IMG/VR virus record: IMGVR_UViG_3300017971_000261
Span: 1-64,000 of that record
Reading direction: 5' to 3' (one strand)
DNA: 64,000 nt
Origin: a virus
The notes beneath the pieces are model-generated. The model saw nothing but the letters and a program-made list of their open reading frames with translations. It was not told the DNA's origin and did not search any database. A program made the position numbers and the translations under genes. Shown in pieces: positions 17,128-25,088 of this stretch (within the stretch, counting starts at the first letter, position 1; each line of letters starts with the position of its first letter).

Positions 17128-19478
17128 CTACAACTGGACATCGCGCATCTCGGACAAACCAAACAACTGCCTCCCGGGACCATTTTGGTTACGATGTCTT
17201 CTTCCGCGCACTTGGGACACACCTTGTCACCTGATATCTCTTGGAGATCTTCTAGTGAGAGATACTTGGTTCTAAATATACGTCCAACAGCCTTACTGAA
17301 AGATGTGATGAACAGATTGGAAGCGTCTATCTGCTCTACAATAAATCTGGGATGGATGCCATGCCTCAACTCTAGGCTAAATCTACGGGTTTCGTAATTG
17401 ATTCTGCGCCATGCTTCCTCAGTGGTTGGATCGACCTTTCCTTCGTCTTCAAGGATTCCCTCAATCTTGTCGGCCAAGATGTTGTCAACTATTGTGTTGC
17501 CATCCTTATCCTCTATTGAGTAGTGCCTGGAACGCCGTTTAACTACAACCCCTTCGTTTGGAAGTGCTGTCCTGCCGTTCATGGCGAAGACTTCGTATGG
17601 AACATCATTGACCTTGCCGATAATGATATGCCATTCGATTCCCTCTGCGGTAGACCTGAATATGTCGCAGTCCACTCGTTTTGGTCTTTTAAGAGCATTG
17701 TTCCAACCTAGATGTGTAACTTGTTTGCCCTTTGTCATCAAAACCTGTGTAGTCTTGCTTTCGTCCCGATAGATTGTGATTCCCTTACATCCTGACTTCC
17801 ATGCGTACATGTAAGCATTGTAGACATCGTCCATCGTGGCTGAATTTGGCATGTTCACCGTCTTAGAAATACCAGAATCAACGAACTTTTGGAAAGCGGC
17901 TTGCATGTCAATGTGCTGTTGCCACGTTACCTCCCTCCCCTGTTTTTCAGGATCTACTGCACACCGGAAGTAACGCTTATCAGCCTTGGGATGCGGCATC
18001 TCATACTTGCCCGTATTATCATAGCGGTAGATGACGGGAGAGAAGATGGGCTCAATCGAGCTACTGCATCCAGCCAAGAGACTAATAGAACCTGTTGGCG
18101 CGATAGTAAGAAGAGTTACGTTTCGTCTGTGATCAAGTTCGTCATGCTGGCATGATTTTGGTGTACCTTTCTCTTTAGCAAGTTGAACAGAGCATTTATG
18201 CGCTTCTGTATAGAAGAAGTCCATCAGACGCTGAGCAAGCTCAAGAGAGGTGTCGCTTCCGTAAGCGATTCTCAAGGAAAGCAATAGATCGGCGAACCCC
18301 ATAACACCCAGACCAATAGGACGATTGTCCTGGGCCCATGATGCGAAATCATCGGTTGGAAAGACGTTGGCGTCGATGATGTTGTCCAAGAACCGCACGG
18401 CCGTCCAAATGGCATCACGCAGGTTGTCCCAGTCCAGATCACGAGATGATGGGTTGTAGAACTTCGACACATCAGTCGAACCGAGATCGCAACATGCCAG
18501 CTCAGGAAGGGGCATTTCACCGCATGGGTTGCAACAGTCTATCGTTTGTCCGCTGTATCTGTAAGGTGTCTTTTCGTTTATGCGATCTTTGAAAAGAAGA
18601 CCGGGATCTCCGTTTCGCCATGCATTCTCAACGATGTGAGCAAACAGATCTTTCGCTTTGATAGTGTCGTAAACCTTTCCGTTGAAAACAAGATCGATTG
18701 TACCATCTTCTTCTACGGCTTGCATGAATTCGTCTGTTACCAGAACAGAAAGGTTGAAATTGTGCATGAACTTATCAAGAATGACCTTTAGCTGGTCGCT
18801 TTGGTTGCTAAGAAAGTCATCATATTGCGAGAAGATGTCCTCACGTAGCATCGTCTTAAGAGCACGTTCTGACTGTTTGCACTGTATGAATTTGATGATG
18901 TCAGGATGATCGTGTCGCATCGTTGCAAGCATTGCCATTCCACGAAAGCCTGATTGGGTAATGCTCGTCATGACCTCAGAGATCATTCTCATATGCTCGA
19001 TTGGGCCGCACGCTTTGGCATGCGTTGAACCGAATACAGGATCGCCTTCCGGTCGTATGTTGGATATATTGACTCCAGCACCGCCTCCTTGGCGTGCAAT
19101 ATCCCCAAAGGCCTCGATGTTCCTCACCATGGCTTTCCATGAATCTTCTGGGCTTTTGGCAACGAAGCAGGCTAGCAAACCGCGTGATTTGGTGTTGGTT
19201 CCAGAATTTACGAGACAAGGGCTGTTTGGCAAGAACTTCAATGAATGGATCAGGTCGAATGCCTTCTGTTTGTATTCCTTGGTGTCATCAGGGCATACAT
19301 GATTAACCACCCTCCAACACATTTTGATCCAGTCTTCCGCTGGGTTCCCATCCGCGTCCTTCATGTAATAACGTTTCTGACATATTGATTCCGCCATCTG
19401 GCTCAGGTGACCGTTGCTGCTTTCTTCCATCTCCATTCCCTTCTTGGTGTGTTTGATTTTCTTTTTGGCACGACTCAT
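17124..19478 (-). CDS. nrdJ: Adenosylcobalamin-dependent (class II) ribonucleotide reductase
   Basis: PNSPCL, ACFV, NPCGEMPL, TIAPTGSIS, SKTVN; C-terminal CPKC/CPRC; no nrdB nearby. Confidence 0.92.
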   Translation of the reverse strand: MSRAKKKIKHTKKGMEMEESSNGHLSQMAESICQKRYYMKDADGNPAEDWIKMCWRVVNHVCPDDTKEYKQKAFDLIHSLKFLPNSPCLVNSGTNTKSRGLLACFVAKSPEDSWKAMVRNIEAFGDIARQGGGAGVNISNIRPEGDPVFGSTHAKACGPIEHMRMISEVMTSITQSGFRGMAMLATMRHDHPDIIKFIQCKQSERALKTMLREDIFSQYDDFLSNQSDQLKVILDKFMHNFNLSVLVTDEFMQAVEEDGTIDLVFNGKVYDTIKAKDLFAHIVENAWRNGDPGLLFKDRINEKTPYRYSGQTIDCCNPCGEMPLPELACCDLGSTDVSKFYNPSSRDLDWDNLRDAIWTAVRFLDNIIDANVFPTDDFASWAQDNRPIGLGVMGFADLLLSLRIAYGSDTSLELAQRLMDFFYTEAHKCSVQLAKEKGTPKSCQHDELDHRRNVTLLTIAPTGSISLLAGCSSSIEPIFSPVIYRYDNTGKYEMPHPKADKRYFRCAVDPEKQGREVTWQQHIDMQAAFQKFVDSGISKTVNMPNSATMDDVYNAYMYAWKSGCKGITIYRDESKTTQVLMTKGKQVTHLGWNNALKRPKRVDCDIFRSTAEGIEWHIIIGKVNDVPYEVFAMNGRTALPNEGVVVKRRSRHYSIEDKDGNTIVDNILADKIEGILEDEGKVDPTTEEAWRRINYETRRFSLELRHGIHPRFIVEQIDASNLFITSFSKAVGRIFRTKYLSLEDLQEISGDKVCPKCAEEDIVTKMVPGGSCLVCPRCAMSSCS

Positions 19479-19489
19479 CTATACGTCCC

Positions 19490-19698
19490 TTTCCTGACCG
19501 CATCTTCCAGTTTTTTGTCGAGCGAAATCAAATTTTGTTAGCCCTTACTACGACAAAAGATATGAGTTCGGCGATTTGGCATCGCGCCTTCTCGTCGTGA
19601 AACTCACTCATAAAGGTAGCGTTAACTAGCCTGCGGGAAGACCTCAAAGGGTCGGCTGGTAGGCTCTAGGAACTAACAAATAAGGCAACGGAATTATA
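19490..19698 (-). promoter_or_regulatory. Long structured 5' leader of nrdJ
   Basis: TATAAT 19698-19693; 11-bp enclosing stem with G-U pairs valid only on minus strand; alternative hairpin. Confidence 0.45.
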
Positions 19699-19733
19699 GT
19701 GTGTGACGCATCGGAACCAGCTTGGCATTCGGT

Positions 19734-20195
19734 ATGAATCAGGAGAAAATCTCAAACAAGGAACCGTGGCAAATGACACTAGATGAATACCTGTCATCGA
19801 TGCCTGAAACAGCACGAAACCAAACTGTTTCAGCGCGACTTCTAGTGCCCATACGCAACCCAATAGGCCCCCCAAATTGTATCGAAGAAGACCGCAACCA
19901 TCAGTTGGGACATATGCTGAGGCTGAATGATGCTAACGGTGTAGGTCGAGCAATCGTTGTGGTCAAAAACGGTTACATCATTTACGCAGAAGTAGATCCT
20001 AAATTAGAGGGATATGGTTTGATCCATGCGTTGACTAGTGCCTTTGAGTCTGCTGGTGCGACACATGCTTCCATTGGCACTATTGGGGGCGCGAAGGCTG
20101 CCCACCGATGGCAGGTTTACCTTGCTGCACGAAAAGGGAAACAAATCCCGAACCATGTTCTATTGGATTATCCTGAGTTATTCAATCTCATCTAG
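19734..20195 (+). CDS. Hypothetical protein with polyvalent-protein-like motif
   Basis: PWQMTLDEY...H...GKQIPNHVLLDYPEL; central GNAT-like segment. Confidence 0.6.
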   Translation: MNQEKISNKEPWQMTLDEYLSSMPETARNQTVSARLLVPIRNPIGPPNCIEEDRNHQLGHMLRLNDANGVGRAIVVVKNGYIIYAEVDPKLEGYGLIHALTSAFESAGATHASIGTIGGAKAAHRWQVYLAARKGKQIPNHVLLDYPELFNLI

Positions 20196-21170
20196 AAATT
20201 CAAGATCGTTTTCTAATTTGTCCCGTTGGATCATTATGACGTATTTGACTTTAGAAGCATCATCTTCCGTTATGATCTGCTCACGAATGCTGTCTGGAAA
20301 ATCGAGCTGGATGAACTTCTCTACAGGATCGTAGCCTGTTACTATCAATTCGGTGCCTTCGGTGATCTGTCTACAGTCTGTGGACTTGAAGCAAGATGGT
20401 ATCTTTTCGATGCATTCGTTGTAATAAGAACCGGGGTCGAAGTTAACTGGGCTCTTTGTTTTGACTCTTGGTTTTCTATCGGCATTCTGCTTCCTCCATT
20501 CTTGGATTCGTCGGTTTCGTTCCCTGTTAAGCTTTTCGAATGACTTTCCCCTCTCTTTGATCTCTCTTGGGTCTCTCTCGCCTTTTAGGTAGGCTATTTG
20601 CATTCCCAGAAGATATCGAACTCGTTTGTTCTCAAGTTCTTGGGCCTGTTGCGGGGATAGATCTAAGTTGTGTTTCTTGTTGAAGTTTTCGACATTTGTC
20701 TTGATTTGTGGCGGCGACATAGGCCCTTCAGACGAGTAGTCCTCGAACCACTTTGTTTCTCTTCCGGTGATCGCCATCTCTATCAACATGTCCACCGGAT
20801 TCCAGTTAGGCTTTTGTGTTGTATCTGGCCCCACTTTAGTGTCTTCCATGTTTTGTCCTTTCATTTTGATTACACGATTGTGTCCGATTTCTGAGAGAAT
20901 AGAGTTTGAGATTGATTGGATTTTCGGCAGCTCTCTTTCGAGAGCGTTTGATATACCTGTCCGCTCGTACTCACCAGCCAGAATCCAGAAGCACTCTGTT
21001 CCTAGTATCTCTTTGCCATCACACACAAAAACTGGCGTCTCGTGCTTGTACCCATCGAGATCTATTTCCCTGTATTCAAGGAACTCAGCATCTATAGACG
21101 TAGAACCAAAATCTCGTCTATAGACGATTTTGACAGAATCTCCGCTGTTTAGTCTCCTTCTCTTTGGCAT
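20178..21170 (-). CDS. Hypothetical protein
   Basis: 330 aa ORF. Confidence 0.7.
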   Translation of the reverse strand: MPKRRRLNSGDSVKIVYRRDFGSTSIDAEFLEYREIDLDGYKHETPVFVCDGKEILGTECFWILAGEYERTGISNALERELPKIQSISNSILSEIGHNRVIKMKGQNMEDTKVGPDTTQKPNWNPVDMLIEMAITGRETKWFEDYSSEGPMSPPQIKTNVENFNKKHNLDLSPQQAQELENKRVRYLLGMQIAYLKGERDPREIKERGKSFEKLNRERNRRIQEWRKQNADRKPRVKTKSPVNFDPGSYYNECIEKIPSCFKSTDCRQITEGTELIVTGYDPVEKFIQLDFPDSIREQIITEDDASKVKYVIMIQRDKLENDLEFLDEIE

Positions 21171-21188
21171 ATCGCTTTTGGATTATAG

Positions 21189-22022
21189 CTATGCGGCTGG
21201 TGTCCAGGCATCATCCTGATATGGATCTTCCACATCCAGTTGTTGTCGGATTTGTTCAATTCGTTCCTGTTCGGCAGGATTACCTTCGAAGTATGAACCT
21301 ATAAGGGTTCTCTCTATATCGACTACTCTTGAGTGAGCCATGTGCCCTAATGTGTCTTCTAGTTTCTTGTTCGTCAATTCGCTTATCGCCCTTAGATAAA
21401 CTGCTGGACCTCTATTCATACCATAGGAGCAATGAACATATATGAGACTTTGTTGGTCCGGAGGAAGTTGTGCTTGTGCTCTGATGGTCTCGGCCAACTT
21501 CCCCGCTGCCGCTGTATAGAGATTGTGATATTCGCGGCTAATCTCGTTCAATCGTTCGTCTCGGCTGTTGAAACCTAGACGAGGGGGTTCGGAAAGTGGG
21601 AAGTTATAGCGTTTTGTGACACCTTCAAGAGCTTCGTGGGATTGATCATCTGTCACATTGAACTCTATAACCTCTGGTTTCCGGCCGTAGGTTTGTATGA
21701 ACTTTTGCTTGGCGTCGTCCAGTTCGAGGTTATTTGCTCCCCCTACAAAGACAAACGGGAATTCCGGCGATTGGTATGCTGGGTTATAGATGTCTCCGTC
21801 ATCTGCGATCTGAACCTGAGCACGTGGACGATCCCCTCTTGGGTCATAGAAGGTGTTTGTGCGCGGATCGCTCCCTCTAATTCCCTGGTCTAGTTGATAA
21901 GCTAGTTTTCGTACCCAGTTTACGCGTCTTACTCGCACTTTTGCTCTGATCCGGTCTTTGAGTTTTCTTCTTTTTTGCTCGCCTTTTCCTTCTTTGGTAT
22001 TCGGTGGCGGCATGTTCGACAT
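21189..22022 (-). CDS. Protein tyrosine/dual-specificity phosphatase
   Basis: IYVHCSYGMNRG (CX5R P-loop); FVFVGG; NVTDD acid loop. Confidence 0.8.
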   Translation of the reverse strand: MSNMPPPNTKEGKGEQKRRKLKDRIRAKVRVRRVNWVRKLAYQLDQGIRGSDPRTNTFYDPRGDRPRAQVQIADDGDIYNPAYQSPEFPFVFVGGANNLELDDAKQKFIQTYGRKPEVIEFNVTDDQSHEALEGVTKRYNFPLSEPPRLGFNSRDERLNEISREYHNLYTAAAGKLAETIRAQAQLPPDQQSLIYVHCSYGMNRGPAVYLRAISELTNKKLEDTLGHMAHSRVVDIERTLIGSYFEGNPAEQERIEQIRQQLDVEDPYQDDAWTPAA

Positions 22023-22420
22023 GACACCGATTTCGACGTGGGGGATCGGCGTTCAAACAGATCGCACATGTGTTTGTCTGCTACGTCGATTCCTCGTATT
22101 TCGCAAGTGTTTTTGCATCGTTTGCTTGGCTTCATGCCTTTCTCCGATCAAACGATCTATAGGACATCTTGTGTCCCTAAGAGTTTAGGGCCATTGTCGT
22201 CTTTCGGATCTCAGGACTTACCCTCTGATTTCTTATACCCAGCCACAGATGACGAACCCTTGCTCATATCCTGTTAGTCTTAGGAACATAAGTTAGCAAA
22301 CATAAACAGATTACGAGCCCCAATGCTTCGAAGGATGACCCTCTGGCTTGACAAAGCGGGAAAAGTAGGGTACTTATATTCATGGCAGTTCGTCAGTACC
22401 TGTGAATGTGAGGCATTTCC

Positions 22421-22792
22421 ATGACCACCAAGGCAAGAGGAAAAATCTCAATCAAGGCAAAAAGATGTCCGGGTTGCGGCCGATTCTTCTCGAAGAGGCC
22501 GCATGAAGGACCTAAGCGGTTTCAGCAACGCACCTTCTGTAACCGTGAATGTCAACGTAGATTGATGGTCAGAGATCCAGAGAGAATCAAGAAATATCGC
22601 CGCACCATGCGTAACAAGCGTGCGGAGCCCCATGCTGTCACACCAGAGGAAGTTGAGAAAACGATTGCAGAAATCAGGGCGGAGAAGATCGCAGCCGGGC
22701 AGAAGACTATTATGGAGAAGATGAATGACGAACGTTGGCACGCCAGAGTGGTGTCAACCAGGTTCATTCCAAGGTCATTTTTGTCCGGTTAA
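22421..22792 (+). CDS. Single C4 (FCS/TRASH-like) zinc-finger protein
   Basis: CPGCGRFF...RTFCNREC. Confidence 0.7.
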   Translation: MTTKARGKISIKAKRCPGCGRFFSKRPHEGPKRFQQRTFCNRECQRRLMVRDPERIKKYRRTMRNKRAEPHAVTPEEVEKTIAEIRAEKIAAGQKTIMEKMNDERWHARVVSTRFIPRSFLSG

Positions 22793-22801
22793 GGCACGCC
22801 C

Positions 22802-23233
22802 GTGGAAGCAAACGTCAAAGAGTTCGTACAAAAGCTATCAGAATTGATTGATCTTGCCGAGGCCACTGATGAAATCAAAGAATTCGATCGATTGATGGTT
22901 AAGCTCTGGCGTATGGTGCATAAGGTGTACGTTGCTTGTCTTCATTCGCCATCGGTTTATAACGATGTCAGCATCGAAGATCTTGACAAAATGATTGCTT
23001 TGCTGCAATCTCTTGAGAACAAGCTGAAGGTTAGGCCAGATAGCCTAAAAATGAGTAAGGAGAAGAAAGAGTATTACGACATGGTGATTGCATGCATAAA
23101 GATGAATCGCCTTCTGATTAGACGACGAAAACGTCGCATTCAGAAACTTCCCACAATGCCAATAGATGACCCCAGAACGATAGGCCAGGAACCTGCTGAA
23201 CCTGAGCCTGCTCCCAATCCAATCGGTCGGTAA
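22802..23233 (+). CDS. Hypothetical protein
   Basis: 143 aa helical ORF. Confidence 0.6.
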   Translation: MEANVKEFVQKLSELIDLAEATDEIKEFDRLMVKLWRMVHKVYVACLHSPSVYNDVSIEDLDKMIALLQSLENKLKVRPDSLKMSKEKKEYYDMVIACIKMNRLLIRRRKRRIQKLPTMPIDDPRTIGQEPAEPEPAPNPIGR

Positions 23234-23250
23234 AATTCAGCCTTATTGGT

Positions 23251-23279
23251 TTGACAAATCCGCTGCCCCGTTGTATACT
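23251..23279 (+). promoter_or_regulatory. Sigma70 promoter
   Basis: TTGACA-N17-TATACT. Confidence 0.8.
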
Positions 23280-23280
23280 T

Positions 23281-23340
23281 GTCATCCGTAGTCCGTTGCT
23301 GTCTAACGATGTCCACTCGTGTCCACTGTAGTCCAAACGG
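23281..23340 (+). repeat. Six 10-bp-phased GTC(C) repeats
   Basis: gtcatccgta gtccgttgct gtctaacgat gtccactcgt gtccactgta gtccaaacgg. Confidence 0.8.
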
Positions 23341-25077
23341 ATGCGACTTGAACAAAGCAAAACGTCGGTCGAAGAATCGATTGGGCTCACCGCAAACCAG
23401 ACGGTACCAACCTTAGGACATTCCGACGATATTTCAGACGACGGCAGGCTCTCGAAAGAATGCAGGGTCTGTAAATCCATATTCTACAAAAGGAGCAAGC
23501 GAACACTCAAAGAGTGGGAGACCACCAAATGCTGTTCTAGAAGATGCAGCGCGATCCACATGCATCGTGTACTTGCTGCCCGCCGCAGACTCGCCGAGAA
23601 GGAAACCAAAACATACTGCAAGGTCTGCAGAAAACTCATCAAACGACGCGAAAATGAACCGCTTGCAACCTATCGCCAGCGCAAAGTCTGTAGTGATGCA
23701 TGTAGGATTCTTAGCATCAAGAAACAGGCTCAACGCCGCACCCAGCTACGTTCGACTCCAAAGAAATGCATTGCCTGCGGCAAACGCTTCAAAAGACGTG
23801 CAAACGAGCAAGTGTCCAAATTCGAGGAAAGGCAAACATGCGGTCGAAAATGCACGTGGAAGCTAAAGGTCGTTCGTCCAACCAAGACCTGCTTAGCATG
23901 CGGGAAAGAATTCGCCAAGAACAAGAGGGACTCATTGGAGCAGTGGTCTAACAGAAAGGTCTGCAGTAGGAAATGTGTCGCTAAATTGGCTAGGGCTAGA
24001 TCCAAATACTCACACAGCAAGATAAGCAGCAAGAAAACATGCAGCCCTACCAAGCGGTGTCTTGTCTGTGGAAAGAAGTTCTCGAAACGGCGAAAAGAGA
24101 GCATTACCAACTTTACATCACGCAAAACGTGTGGTATGTTTTGTGCGGATGAGTTGAACTCTCTGCACATGAAGGAACGCTACAAGAAAACAGCTGAACA
24201 ACGAAGAAAACGGACCAAGCAGTGGAAGAAATGCCGCATTTGTGAATCAAGGTTCTACAGGAGAGAAAACGAAACGGACAAGGAATGGAAAAAGCACTCA
24301 TATTGTTCCAGCACGGAGTGCCGTGACAGACTTTTCAAGCTTGCTTCTGCTCGTCTCAACGAAAAACGCCGTCAACGACGCCAGAAAATCGAGACGAAGC
24401 AGTGTGTCATCTGTGGCAAGAAGATCGAACGACGATGGGGAAAGGAAAGCGCAAGACGATGGAAAGAGAGACAGTGTTGTGGGCGTGATTGTGCCCAAGA
24501 ACTTGGGGCTCGAACCAGACGACGTCAAGGTCTAGAAATCAAACGCCAATGCGTAATCTGTGGGAGAGAGCTGCCTGCTGGTTACACAAAGCGAAAACTC
24601 TGTGGTAGATTAAGCTGTAAAAAACGCTTGAGACGCCTCAGGCTTGAGGAAAGAAAGAAGAATAGACCCAAGAAAACATGTCAAACCTGCGGCCGAATCT
24701 ATATGCGTCCCAGCAATCTGTCTGATGAACAATGGAAGAAACGGAGCGCATGTAGTAGCAAGTGTGTTTTACTACTGAAACAGCAGAAAAACATGGTGAA
24801 AACGAAGGATGTCATTCGCTCCGAGGCGACGCCAAAGGCCAATTACGCGTCCTTCGTGGGTAAAGATGCTGGATATGTCAAGTTAGCCGCCGAACTGGTC
24901 GGCGAAGAAATGATAAGGCAGCTTCTTTTAGACCAAATATCTCTTGATTCGGTGCTGCCGAAATACCCCATTACACCAGGAGAACCGGAAACATGTCACG
25001 CCGAAGAAGAAAAAGGACACGAAGAGACAGAAGGACAGATGGACCGGCCTCAGGAAGCAACGTCAATCGCAGTGTAA
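23341..25077 (+). CDS. Tandem array of nine C4 zinc-finger repeats, very basic, no catalytic domain recognised
   Basis: Nine CxxC-x13-21-C[SG]x2-3C units. Confidence 0.85.
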   Translation: MRLEQSKTSVEESIGLTANQTVPTLGHSDDISDDGRLSKECRVCKSIFYKRSKRTLKEWETTKCCSRRCSAIHMHRVLAARRRLAEKETKTYCKVCRKLIKRRENEPLATYRQRKVCSDACRILSIKKQAQRRTQLRSTPKKCIACGKRFKRRANEQVSKFEERQTCGRKCTWKLKVVRPTKTCLACGKEFAKNKRDSLEQWSNRKVCSRKCVAKLARARSKYSHSKISSKKTCSPTKRCLVCGKKFSKRRKESITNFTSRKTCGMFCADELNSLHMKERYKKTAEQRRKRTKQWKKCRICESRFYRRENETDKEWKKHSYCSSTECRDRLFKLASARLNEKRRQRRQKIETKQCVICGKKIERRWGKESARRWKERQCCGRDCAQELGARTRRRQGLEIKRQCVICGRELPAGYTKRKLCGRLSCKKRLRRLRLEERKKNRPKKTCQTCGRIYMRPSNLSDEQWKKRSACSSKCVLLLKQQKNMVKTKDVIRSEATPKANYASFVGKDAGYVKLAAELVGEEMIRQLLLDQISLDSVLPKYPITPGEPETCHAEEEKGHEETEGQMDRPQEATSIAV

Positions 25078-25088
25078 CCATTAAGCGG

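Noticed and set aside
19490-19698. Canonical cobalamin riboswitch
   Set aside because: B12-box and other conserved segments not recognisable; kept only as an unassigned leader
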